Assembly (NCBI GenBank): GCA_030141605.1
Contig: JAQGDQ010000428.1
Span: 1 to 64,000 of the forward strand
Source: Tubiluchus corallicola
Taxonomy: Eukaryota > Animalia > Priapulida
Direction: 5' to 3'
Length of the DNA: 64,000 bases
Under the pieces are notes generated by a model. It was not told where the DNA came from, ran no database searches, and was given only the letters and a program-made list of their open reading frames with translations. The position numbers and the translations under genes were made by a program. Within the stretch, counting starts at the first letter, position 1. Each line of letters opens with the position of its first letter. Of this stretch, positions 37,801 through 51,945 are shown one piece after another.

Positions 37801-40800
37801 GGAATGACTAAACTTTCCACTACTGCGGCAGTGAATTGTTTGAGCTTAGTTTCAATGTTTCTTTGTCTCATGCAGATTCTAGTAAGAGCTGAACCTATCT
37901 CACGGGTGGCACCTATAAGATAAACAAAAAAAACTGAGGCTTGTGCACTGCATGGTAGAAGCAGATAATTTGTGACATTATGTGGCTACTTTTTCCTGTG
38001 AGTCGTCAGAAAAATCATGCAAACAAAGCTGCAGTTTTTGCCTACATGTATGTATTCTGAAGGACATTTTCTGGATGGGCCCTTAAACTCTATGATCAAC
38101 TGGGATCTTCTGCAATTTTCTACCACTTACATTGGCACATTGCGTAATAAGTTATAGTCTTAGCCTTATAATCCTTGGCAGGTAGTGCCATTTGTAACTC
38201 AAGTGTGTTAGGCTTCTGTGAGCATCAATGAACCCGCTGTTTCTTTAGTACTTTTGATTTTGGTGCTTTTCACTACCACAAGCAGGAAAAAGGCAACAAA
38301 TAACAATCAACAATTATAAAATCAATATTTCTATGTCACTGAACTTGACGTAATATCCTAGAGTTGTGAGTTATCTATCAATTGAGCTTTCTTATCAACA
38401 CACTATAACCGTGCAGAATGTCATTTAAATTATGTTAACAGTTTTTTAGCAAATGCAAAGTAAAACTTTACCCTTAACTCGCACGTTACATAGCTAAATT
38501 TTAAGAGAAAAACAAAACAATTAGAACAGTGAGTGAATAGTATAAAAATGCCAATAATGCGAAAGCACACAAACACGTTGGCGCCAAAAAACACGATTTG
38601 CCATTAAATTCATTTGTTGAGTGGCCAGAGTGGGCAGAACATTTACTGAGTACCAACAAATTGTGTAGAAAATTATCACTTTGTGCGCTAATTCTGTTTG
38701 TTGGATAACAAGAATAGTAATAAAAAGATCCGTTTAAGCATCAAACACAAATATTACCATGTCATAAACGAGCGTACAAATAGACTAAACCCCAGTTTAA
38801 GAGCAGGGATCACACATGAAAAATATTCGCATTAAACCAATGTCCAGATAAACGACAAACTTACCAAAGTAGAAAATATCTAGTGCATGATACAAACAGG
38901 TTAATTTATTTTATTGAGCGTTTAGTTAAAAAAAGTGCAACCAGTTTATTACCTGTGCACGCCTTCAAGCCTTCAAGTAATAAAGCTCCATTATGTACTT
39001 CAGCGGGACAAAATAAAGACATTGTGAAGTTTTCTGAACCTGTTTGAGGGTAACATTCATTTGATTAATGACGTCAGATCATGTGATTCACGAAGCATGA
39101 CAAGTGACAAGGCAGTTCGTAAGAAAGTTGGTCAGCGAAGTATTGTTAATTTGCGACGCATGTTTACCTAGTTTCTAACAGAAAAGTGAGTCTGAAAGCC
39201 AATAAATTACCATGCAGTGCTTTTAGGTTTTTCTACTAAAGAATTCAAGCGAATATAAATGTAAAATATGCATGTGCAAAAATTGCAAATGTGAACTAAG
39301 TGTAGTTGTATTTAATGTTGGCAAGTGGCTATGATTTTGAATTTAAGAAATGGTAATAGAGTTCTTTATCGTCTGCCTTTTCTAATTCATCTTTTTTGCA
39401 TTTAGAGCAGTACAATGTTTCGAAGCTCTGCAATTTTTCTGTGTACTGCAACAATTTTGTGCCTCTGCAGTAACATAGCTTATGCCTGTGGATGGTCACC
39501 AAGTTTTAAACCTGATGTAACTGATGATGTGTGGAAGGCATTACATGAGCGTTGGAAAGAAATTCCAGCAGACTGGATGGAACAAGTGCGTGGAAAAGAC
39601 ATTAGAGAAATCAAACAACTTTTGAGAGAGCGCAATTTACCAGAAGACATAGCAATGGTGGCCAAGCAGTTTCGCGACAGTTATTCAGCAGAAGATTTTC
39701 GTGCAAGTTTGAGAAATGTAGATCGTAAAACCAGTATCATTGGGACGCAGGTGGGGCACTCTAGGTATCCATCAGGCATCAATCGTGGCAGTGTGTTCAG
39801 ATCACCCATTTTAGAGACTGCTTCACTACCTGAAAAGGCTGGTCGTTCTGAGTTAAGTCTTCGTGGATCTGGCAGACTATCAAGATTTGCCAGAAGTGCA
39901 AATATTCATGGAACATTACATAATTTATATAAGAGAAAACTGGGGAATGGTTTGCATAAAACATAAGCTTCAGATTTTGTATTCGGATTTTCAAGAACAA
40001 AAATTACAAATATGATAAGCTAGTCAGAAATGGCATCAATATATCTTGCATAACCTTAATAACATACCATGATACCAAGGACTGTAAAAAATATATATTT
40101 TAATTTGAATCTTTTAATTTGCATTAAAAATATTTAACACGTATAGGGATTCTTAATGCATATAGGATATGTAGCTGTTTTTTATGATAGTATTTTTAAA
40201 CATGGCAACCTCAGAAAATAATTTAAAATTTTTGTGTAAATACATGTGGTTTAAAGACTGCAGTACCCAGTATAACAAAAAACGTTTTTTATGTAAGTGT
40301 CACTGATGATAATCTCAACTTCTATTATGATTAGTAGTATTAATACAGCAAATAAATATGTTATATAATTACATTGATATATTAAGTATATTAATAGTTT
40401 TAAAATGACTGTTTTATTTGCCATACAACGACATGACGTCACCGGATATGGTAACATTTCAGAAGTACGACGACATGACGTCACCTGATATGGTAATATT
40501 TCAGAAGTACGAAGACATGATGCCACCGGATATGGTAACATTTTAGAAGTCGGAATGTGGCGAAATACGATAATTCACGACTCATCGAGTGGACTATAAC
40601 ATACCTGGAAATGTTGCTTAAGTGTATTTAATTAAATTCAAGGCACAGTCCTCAAATTTTCTCCCCCTCGTCCTCCTTTTGGTCAAATCTGGTTGCACTA
40701 ACAAATGTGGGTTCCATCACTGAACGATGGTGTATTAATAGAGGGGAAGAGGTATTATATAATAACATGTGGAGCGCCGGACAAAAACCAATAAAATTAA

Positions 40801-43800
40801 CAGTAACACTAAAAGCAGGCGATTATGCAGCTAACAATCGCTTGCAAATATTATTCCACGCGAGAAATTTTAAATGGAGAGTAGTTGAGTGCTGTACGAC
40901 CGAATCAATGCAACAACATTTTGAATTTATCGTTGCTGTAATGACGTCATGGTTGAACGGAATGAAATTGATGTTTGTCATGCTTCAAGGGGGTTTTACG
41001 CACGCTTTGCTGAACTTTGGCGGCTTGGCTTGTATGTTAGTATCCATTATTAATAGTCACCATGAGTTTGGCTTCGCTCAACTATTATTCACTAAGAAAA
41101 ATGTTCTTGTCTTTGCTGTTAAAAATTGGAAATTAGAACTTTTTTGAGAGGAATGTTTGTGGTATATACTTTTGAGAGGAATGTTTGTGGTATATACGTA
41201 TAAAGTAAGGACAGAATAGGCTGGCTTCTGCGAGTGAGACGGCGTGTCATTACTGATTACATGTTATACCGTGTATTTGCGCCGAAAAAAAACTTAATGT
41301 AGGAGAAAATTGCAGTAATGTTCCAAAGGCTACCTAGTTACTGCTTCAACTTACTGGTTGCTTCATGTGATTTCAGCAGTCGGAATTCGACAGCAATTAT
41401 GTGTAAACATGCATATCCCTCCAAAAACAATTCATCGGGTCCGATGAAGACAAAGAAAACGAAAAGGGCACAAAAATTCGGTTGTGGTCGGTCGTAGACA
41501 AATGTGGCCGCAAGTCGACGGGTTGCCGCATTTTAAATTGTCTTTGAGATCAGCCCGCTACCCGGACAAGCACCTGCTATCACAAAGCCGCCTTGGTATC
41601 AGGCACTTTAGTACTATGCATGGCATTGTGAACGTAATGAATTTTAAGATCAAAAGTAGAAAGATTTGCCGTGAAAGTTTGATGATGATTAATAATATGT
41701 TGTAGCTAACTGACAGCTTTCTTTCGTCCAGTTATTGGTCATTTTAGCTGCCTGTTAGCAGAAAGTTGTAAAGAGAATAAACTAATGGATGTAAAGAAAA
41801 AGATCATCAGCAAAAAATGTGTACTGAAATCAGTAATAAATGGTAGGTCCATTAATGTAATTACGAAAAAGCAGTAGTCCTAAGGTAGATCCTTGTGGCA
41901 CACCAGTAGCGCCACTCTGTTTTTATATAGTCTACATCTAAACTACTTAAGTATTTACATATATTGTGCTTGACGTGAACTGGCTAGTTCGATCGTAAAA
42001 ATAATCACAAGAATGGGCAAGTTGAAGCAACGAACTTTGTAATTTCATTATACGTGGACGTCACATGATTACTTTTGATTCAAAACTAATAAGATCGACA
42101 CACCGTAGACAGAATTAGTGTGATTAGCGGAATAAAGGTAGAAGTCAAACAGCGAACAGGTAAATCACGCACATGTGTGTCTTGTATTAATAATACCGGC
42201 ACTATTCTGTACAAAGTTTATCTCTAAGGATACTGAATTAAAGGTGAAAAAAATCACATGACTATCCCTTCAATTTTAATTATTGTCGCTCTAGCTGCCC
42301 GAATTATTTTCTTGCCTCTTGTGATTAAGAACTTAAGCTGTTACCTCAGTTTAGCTTAAATCCAGTACAACTACATCGCTAAGCACACCAAATGAGCACA
42401 CATTAAGGCAACCATTTTCTAATCGATGGTCAATAATTTGGCTTCGAATCGAATGTGTACACCTAAGCGGTTAAGCATGTTTGGCTTTCTGATTACAGAT
42501 AAAGGGTAATATTTGTAATAGTTTTATGGTTGGCAGTTGGCACCCACGCTAGAGCGGTACGGGAAAATGTGTCGTTTAAATTATTTAATTCGTTTTTCAA
42601 CTAACAGCAAGGAATGATGTCATAAAAACATAGGATGTAATGGCACCGCTTCGTTACTGGTCAAAAACAATAACACTGACGTCTACCTATTATCAAATCG
42701 CAAGGAAACGATAGAATATTCTAGAATCGCTCTTTTATCAGAACTTAGCTTTTTACTTGTGGAGTTGTGGTTATAAAGCTTTAACAGTTTCTAAAGGATG
42801 ATTTTTCATATCCTACCCCATTTTGAAATACGGTAAAAAGTATACACTTTAAAACCTATAACAATACCAAAGTGTTTCTGGTAATTAAATGATACGTTAA
42901 GAACTTAATTAACGGATGTAGAGCCAGACGACATCACAAATGAACATAATGAACAGCGCAAACATGTCCACGAGCTTGTTGCAGGTGTATGCGAAAGCGA
43001 AAATTGAACTGCATTCCGCAAATCTTAAGTCTCAAAACTTAAATTTCAAATTTTTTGTTTTGCATGAGCTCTCGAACGCGCGTGCTACATCACAACTGAA
43101 CACCATCCGAACTGATGCAGCGCCCGTTTTTTGTGCAATGCGTTTCTGAGATGCAGGCTCTAGTGCCCCTCTAACTAGAGAGTGGCGAAATATATGTAAC
43201 AGCGAAGAACCAGTTCAGCGAACGCGAAACAAAAATAACAATTCTTTCATGTAAGTTATTTTTGAAAAACAGTATGTTCCTTTTCAATATCTTTATAGGT
43301 TAGATTGTTTTGAGCTACAGTCAAGCGGGCGTAAAGGATTGTTGTAATCAACCCTGGAGTCCAGAGTCCATGCGTTAAAAACTCAAAAACCGGCCCCTGC
43401 CAGATTCCCACTCATTAATATCATACTAAGTTAATAAATAATCCCTTCACTTGCATTTCATTTATTGAGATTTATAATAAACTGCCTTCGCGAGCGGTTC
43501 TTTCTTTTCCATTTGTACGTTAGCAGAACTAATCAACACCAAGACATATTGGCATGACGTTTATCCATTACACGCGCAAAGAATCAGAGTTCACGCGAAG
43601 GGTACAAGGTCATACGTTCAAAAGAGAGGGCTTCGACCGGCGCGTTGTTGTCTATCGACTGCAAACCATTCAGCCATGTGCGCTTATTATAGACCAATGC
43701 GCAATTAATACAAGCGTGAGTGCGACAGCCTCACGGCTGATGGGCTTAGTTAACGTAAATACCGCTAATGCTAGTCGCGAAAATTTAACAGCAATGGATT

Positions 43801-46800
43801 AACTACAGTATTCACAACACCCGCGGGTATAACGTACTGATTTCCACTGCATGGCAAAAAGTGTTGAGGTGTCCAGAACAGCACAACGATTCAGATGGGC
43901 TCTTCTAGAAAAACTGCCTGTAATATACCAAACTAAATTGGCTGCTAAAAAGTGTACTGCCATCTCTACTTCTGAATCACATATTTACTTAATGAAGCCA
44001 ACCGCCCAGCAAGTTTGAGAAAATGCAATCAGCGATTTCTCTTGACGATACAAATGTTGCTACACAGGTCCGTGTATTGGAGAAAAGAGGACGTGGATGA
44101 ATCAATAATGTACGGGAGAATGTGTTAGAGTCGGATACAGCGTATAGGATGGACATCAGACATATACAGATCTTAAAGGAAAACAAGACCCAACCTTAAA
44201 CTATATCTTAAGAGAATCTATCCTATGAAATATTGAAAGGGAAGGTATTATTATTCCAAGAATGAAACAATTGTTGCCACAGAAACAAGACTTCGCGCTC
44301 GCGCAGCTAGCTGTTCATTTTGCCATTCGCTAGTTAGATGGGCACTAACGCCTGCATCTTGGAAACGCGTTGCACAAAAAAACAGGAGCTGCACCTCTCT
44401 GTTCAAAGGTGTTCAGTTGTGACGTTCGAGAGCTCATGCGTGAGCACAGCGGTATTGCCAAGTTATTATATATTACACTGAATGTCGAACAGTAGCATTA
44501 TACTTCAATTTTCGGTTTCGCAAACGAGTGCAACACACTCGTGGAATGTTTGCGCTGTTGAAATTTATGCTCGTTTGTGGTGCCACAACTAATTAAGTTT
44601 TTAACCTATTTTGTAATTATCAGAAACGCCTTGGCATTATTATATGCGTTAAATGTATTATTTTATCATATTTCAAAATAGGGAGGAATGGGAACATCAA
44701 TCTGCTTTCCTTTTAATAAATTGCTATTATTGGAGAAATAAGATTCAGACTAAATATAGTAACAGTAAGAAAGCAAAATGTTTAGGACGGAAAATTGCAA
44801 CTTTAGGTCTCAAAAGTTCATGCAAGTAGCGTAGTGGATAAGACACTTGAGAATTTCATTAAAATCGAGATTTCCACGTCTATGCATGGTCGACTTTTGA
44901 GACTGCCGAGTCTTGAGAGCCAAATTACCTCCATCTAAGACTCTACCTTGGTCAGTAAACTCCCTTACTGGCACCACTATAACATATATGAAAATTAGAA
45001 TCTATCTGGGGTTATTATCTGTAAAAATACATAATGCGCATACATATATACACATACATATATATATATATATAAATTTCAATTGTGCTCCATTATAAAA
45101 TGGTGCCCCATTCTATAATCTAATAGCTTAAAACGCATATTCGCATTGTGTAATTTTTTACTCTTAATTTTTAGATGGATTTCGGACACATCTTTTCAGT
45201 GAAGTCACACATACGAGCCCATTTGCGCAACGTGGTTATTTCATAGAATCTTTGAAAGGAACGGTAAAAAGATTTTGAAACGAATAGTTATGTTCTGTTC
45301 AGTCCCAGCACGTTCTTCCTTTATTTTTGTTTCTTTTCCATCTCTTCTCTTGCTTTTCTGTTTTTCCATTCTCTATACGTATGCAGCAAAAAATCCGCTA
45401 ACAGCCAACAATGCGGTGTGACTAAATTAATTAATTTGCTTACTGCTGTCAAGAAGTTCAATCAGACGAAAGAAAAAAAACGGGTTGCGCTTACAAGATT
45501 GTAATTAGTGAAAAATAATGAACCATTCTTCCTGTTTGCATAATCGAGTCAGCGAGCTTTGTTTTGATAAAGAACCATTAATTATTCGCGTTAATGAATG
45601 ATAATGACGAATGACTTAATTCCGGTTTTAATGAAAAGCGGTTTTTCGTGCAACGTTTAATCATTATTACTCATAAGTACATCTCCTGTATGATCTTTCA
45701 GTTTTAGCGAAATCTGGCATCATATTTCTTAACACAAAACTGATCGCAAAAACATACGTAAAACAAATAAAATGTAAAAGAAAAAAATTAAATAGAAGAG
45801 CTTTTATAAAATATAAAAATACCATGCGCGAATAAAACCACAAAGTATACAATTTATGGTGTTCACAGGACAGACGGCTTCGTCATGTTGTGAGGTGAAT
45901 GTACTCATTAGATCATACCAGTATAACAACAGGTTCTATGCATCCCAACGGCGTGCTGATTGCCATACGGAAAACTTAACAAAATTTGCTAGGTCAAATA
46001 CAATTTATTAACAAGCTGTTTGGAATCATATGGTTTTATATCCAGGATGTACAAGGGAATCAGCGGAAGTGAAGTAAGCGCTCAGCTCTAATCGATGAAG
46101 AGCATAAAACAGAAACTCGGCGGATCTCGTACTACAAGTTGGCCAGACGAAAGATCAATAAATGCATTAGAGTTTTAGACAATCGGTGATCCACGTGCGT
46201 TCCCCGGTTTCCTTCGCGTACATTGATTAGAAAAGAAATACGTTCTTCTGCTGCATAAGCCGCTAGCTATATCCCATCTGTTGACAACACTGACGTGATG
46301 AGTATGAAAAGACAACTCCAAGGAATAGCGCGTGTCGAGTTTAGAAAATTGTTCAAAATACAGTAATTACATTTTTTATACAACACACAGCCTAGCAGGT
46401 AAACGTTTGCCTAGCAGGGCCTACAATGTTAACGGTTGTGAATTCTCTAATGTGAAACACTGAGTTAGTGGAGGTGTCGTATGCATCCTCCCTAAACAAA
46501 AGGAATAGCTAACGGAATATGACAGATAAAACCACCTAGAATCAGTTACGAATCCACTTCTTAACCAGGCTTAGCATTGCTTAACTTTGCAGCCAGTACA
46601 TACCATGTTCGTACAACTATGTCCAGTTGTCCACACTTGTTAAACTGGGATTTAAAGTTTTTAGCAAACATTTCTTTTGGTTTTTTTAACGAGGTTATAA
46701 AGAAATTTGTTTCTCGTTTTTTGCTGTTCTATTTGCGCTAAGCTAATATGCCTGAAAATTAACTCATAAATTAACACATAATTACGTGACGTGTTGCTAA

Positions 46801-49800
46801 AATGAATGAATAAACCAAACACAAAATACTCTACAAAATAAGCGAAAAGTATAGGCTTTGATGACCAAACAATTAGAACAGCCACTCTTATTTATATACC
46901 TTGGACCAAGAACTGCCCCTAGTTTTACTTAATTAGGTAAACTGTCAGGTGAATGTACTCGACTAAGAAAGACAAAGTGTGAAGCCACGCCTAGCACTCG
47001 GCAATTTTCCATTTGCACATTAAAAATTAACGCGATCTTGAAGTAACTCCATTTACAGTTAAAGCTCTCGAGACTGTTGGCAAATAACACGAGTTGTGTA
47101 ACCTACAGTAGGACCTTGAAGATTCTTTTTAAATAACAGGCAAGAAGGCTTTATATAAAACATAATTATGTATATAAACACCCACGAAACGATACAAAGA
47201 ACGTAATCTAACAGAAAAGTAGGATATACAATTTATCCAGCAATGGGATTTCGAGGCCGCCTCAGCATACATAACAATACCGAATGAATTCAGATCCAAA
47301 TCAGCGAGCACGAGCACGTTTATTAATTGACTATGTCTAGCCTAGTGTAAAAACAGTAGATTATTACTCCTCGTATACTTAAATGCGGAAAAAAACTGAA
47401 TTTGCCTCAAAGTCCTACGAAGAGTTGAAGCAAAATAAAAAACTGACCGAGGTCCAGTCCAGTGACCTTTTTCACAAAGGCATTGTTCACCAAACCATCA
47501 ACAATTTTCAAGGCCCTTACCCCAGGTGTCTTGCAAGTTTGCTGACTCTAGTTACTATAGCTTTAGAATTATTCAATGTTATGCATTTTGGCTCCTATAT
47601 TGGGCCCTATCTAAAAGTTCAGGTAAATATCTAAACGCTTGTGAAAAAAATTCCAATGTAACTTAAAGCCCTAGGAGGAGTTGAATGACAATCCAAAAAC
47701 TGACTGATGTCCAGTGTACTTAACTTTTTAGCCAAGGTCACAGTTCACCAAAAAACGTTCAGGCCTCTGCCCTACTTACCCTACCAGTTTTGTGTTTCTA
47801 GCTCTAACACATAACCTAAGAAAACTGGATGCTAAACACAATAATAATGAAAAAAAGCAGCTCATCAAGATCCGCGATACTCATGGATGAAAAGCGAAAA
47901 ATAGCTTAGATATTTCTTACTTGATGTTCATAATCTTGAAATTACGATTTGAACTCCTCCAATCTTCATTACAGTCATTAAATAAATTCATTATCATCAT
48001 CATTATCACCATCATAATTAGCATCATCGCCATCATCATCATCGTCATTATCATAATCATCATCTTTATCGACAACATCAATAACTTATCCCCGTATTCA
48101 GCGCATGAAATATCTTTAGCAATAGTTACCTACTAAGACCAAATCTGCCAACTCACACAAATTTCAGTATTTATACAAGACGTTCAAAAATATTTGCTAA
48201 TCGTTCAGTGCAGCTTCAACGCAGAACCTTAACTAATCTATTGTGATCGTGACGGCAGCAGTGTAATAATTCTGTGAGCTCTAAACCATTTAACTTCAGT
48301 CTGTGTAAAAAAGGCATTTTCGTCGTCACGACTCTTAATAATAAAAATTCTCAGTAATAGTAAGGATAATTTTTTCATAAAACAAGTCTACAAGCAATAA
48401 GAGTTTGATCAGAAAACCATGCGCGATGTTCATACTATCACTGTGACTACCAATATATATGCCTCTTGGAACATAACAAGGAAGTTGCCTTGACAAAAGT
48501 GAAAACATTTTAATTGGATTTCCATAAAATGTAATTTACACAGAAGAGCATTCATTACTTCACTGTTCGAGATTTCATGATTTGGTCGAAATGTAATCAA
48601 CTTGTCATGTCAGTTTAATTCATCATTCTAATAAAACTTTCAAACATTTACAAAACTAGCGCACGAATTTCTTCACGTATTTGATCAATTGCGGTAATAT
48701 TTAGGAAATATAAGCTAGTAGAGGTACTTTTTCGAGATGTAGTTTGAACTGTAATTTCGGGCATACTCTAATAAGCAGCATGCACTAAAGTCGTCTAAAA
48801 CTATTTTTCTCAAATTTAAAACGTCGTATTATAATATTAACATTATTGCAACTTCAACAAGTTTGAGACATTAACGTTGGCGACGATCTTGCAGTAAAGG
48901 AGTATTAAACTAATAACTTGAATGACCATCATAGCAACCGCAACGATACAGCAAATTTTGTAACGTTAAGATTTAAAGCTTCACAGTTGCAACGTGGGCT
49001 TCAGATCAATACCATGGCAGCTTGTGTGGCAAACCCAGGTTAATAACACAAATTGCTTCTTAGAGAGCTCAATAGCTCCAAACAAGGAGAACAGGGACGA
49101 TTTCGGTTGAAACCCAAAGGGGAGTACGCGTGTACTAACAACTCGTCAACGATGAGTATTTTGTGTCAAATATAATGTCAGCTTTGGATAAATGAAAATG
49201 CCAAACGTTCTGATCTAATAACGGATCTTACGGCGCCTATTAATTTTCTAAATGAAGTCCCGCTCACAAAATATTCAACTTCTAGCATTATTCGCCTCAT
49301 TTACATTAGCTAACGCACAGAAAAACTAACAATATCTGTGCTTAATTATATAACATGAGTTTTTAAGCTTCACCATACCAGTAAAGTTCTCCCTGGAGAA
49401 ATTTACTGAACTAATGGTGATAAGTTGATCTCTAGGAGTGCTTAGAAAGCCATACCCATGGATGTAGAGCATTCTTGTGTAGGATGTCGTCCAACTAGGG
49501 CATAGCCAAACATTAACAAGAACCTGCACATAATGGTTAACCCACTATTCAGAGTACCCAATGTTTTTCTAAGAGTAGTTTTAAAAAAATAGTGCATGTA
49601 ATACCTGTCTATGCTGCCTTGGGAACAAAAAAAAACACGCAGCGTGACTAAAAAATACGCAAAAATCTATTTCGTCTAAAGTGCATTTAATTTCAGTGAC
49701 AAAGCCTTTATGACTGACTATAAGAAAGGTATCCAATCAGAGCAAACAAGCTGCAACAGCTGAAGGTTACAATATTTTTACTCCCAAGATGCCCCTGCCT

Positions 49801-51903
49801 TTCCCCAATAAAGCTTGGTCAATACCGTTTTTCTTGATGTTATGGTAACGTGCTTATACAGGGTAGTAACAATAATGGCTGAGTTGACCTTGGGGAATGT
49901 TCCTGCATAACCAAGTATCTAACTATAATGGAGATAATAGTTGCTATTAAGATGTAGATGCCCAATAATCAATAGAGGAAGTCCGGAGCAGAGCTCTTAG
50001 TGTTCAATATAGTTTAGCCTTGTAGTACAGGAATGTCAATATATACACGAATGTTGAGTGTACAGAGTGCCAGGAAACGATAGCCCTGCTACACTTAAAA
50101 GTTATCACAGTAGATGCCAACTTAATTTCAATATTATAGTGATTACAGTACTTTTCATTTAATGTGTTTTTAAAAAAAATTTCCACTCCTTATTGTCAAA
50201 AATTAAAAAACCAACTAAGTACTTGAAGTACTTCATGACACCATTCGCACAGAGAAACCAACATGAATCGTGCCTTTTACAGCCTCAGAGCTGCAAATAA
50301 CAGCAGTATTAGATATTTAAACAAGCGTTCTTTATTTAATTAAATGCTCTTTCTCATGGTCTGATCAATTTTTATCTCTTATTTTCAGTTTCATCTGTAC
50401 AGTGGGGGTAATCATTGCCTATCCTCGTTACATGAAAATTCGATGGTGTGTGTGCTATAGACCAAAACCTGCTCACGACTGTAAAGACTGCAATTTGCAC
50501 AATTTATACATTTCACTGCAAACTGAAAACGAGACTAAACAACTCTTACACAGCACTGCAATTAGGCTGAAAATTAACAATGTTGATCATTTGTATCATG
50601 GACAGAACTCATGAAATGCATTAGAAAAAGAATAAATTCTCAAGTATTAATTTCTTACAACAGCTTACAACGCTGAAAATAATGTTAGCAAATTGACAAT
50701 CAACAGTCAGATAAACAGGTTTATTTTTTTATTTGTTGCCATATCTTTATTTTGACATTAATGTATGAAAACATACCCTCTTTCTGCTTGTGTTACAAAG
50801 CCAATCACAGAAAAATTACATTGACATGTTTGCTTAATTCAGTTAAGTACTACCCGAAACTAATTGGCAATTGAATCACATTTCTTTTAAGACATTCCAA
50901 TGAAAATTCTTCAAACAACACAGTGCTGTTTTTCCTACTTGGAATATACTTGGAACAATGCCGAGTTTCCTGATCGGTGAAAGTCTGGCTAACCTGATGA
51001 ATATCTTTCAAGTTTTATTGATTGCAATTATACATAACATATACCTACAACATACCTTGTGTGTTTGTTGCCATGTCAGCTACCTTTTGGAAAGCATCTA
51101 AGAATGCAGCAGCCGCCAAACTAGTCAGTCTGAAAACGAAAATGAAGCACATAAGGCAAATCAGTAACAAGTGTATCACATGTGGAAGATTGTAGGCATG
51201 GCAGGCATATATCATGGTAATTGGGAACACAGAGCAAATTTAAGCACAACCACAACAACCATATGCTAGACAGGTGTATAAAAGAATAAATAAGTCTCTT
51301 AAGTAACACATGATGAATACTTTTGTCATGATATCAAGACACTTAGTCTATCTAGCCTGTCTTTAAACATTATACATATAATTTGCTTTGTATTGTAGAC
51401 ATGCAGATATGTGGAATAAAACAAGAAAAACTGAATATTAAATACCTCAGCTGTTGATGAAGCTTAAGTGCTTTTGCTGTAAAATCTTCCCACACGACAT
51501 AACTTCCCTGAAATGTAAATTAATGGTCAACTAAGAAGAGCCAGATTAAGAAAAGACTGGCTGATCTCAATACATGGCAACAGAACAATAAAGAAATCAA
51601 CCAGTTTTCAACATGGTCTTCACCTACAAAGCACTGGTAAAAAAATTTTGCCAGGAAAAATGGGCTTCTGGACTACAACATAATTTACTACTTGCAACTT
51701 GTTGACATCAAACTTTTATATCTCTGGAAAAATGTATATGCTAAAATTTTTGGCATTTATACATAAGCGTTGCAATACTAGCATAGTAACTTTCGATCAT
51801 AATCAAAATAATATAATAATCATAATAATCAACACAATCATAGTAACTTATAACATCATAACCAAAACTTCGGCAGATTTTTTGCACCACTTGATATATT
51901 ATA

Positions 51904-51945
<42 letters not shown>

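Noticed and set aside
39415-39490. IAYAC as a bacterial lipobox implying horizontal transfer
   Set aside because: Poor fit to the L-[AS]-[AG]-C consensus, spliceosomal 5'UTR intron present and no compositional anomaly visible.
40424-40550. Repeat array resembling CRISPR
   Set aside because: Contiguous 42-bp units with no unique spacers, eukaryotic context, no cas genes.
40707-41147. 146-aa ORF
   Set aside because: GTG start, no recognisable domain or splice structure, next to decayed repeats.
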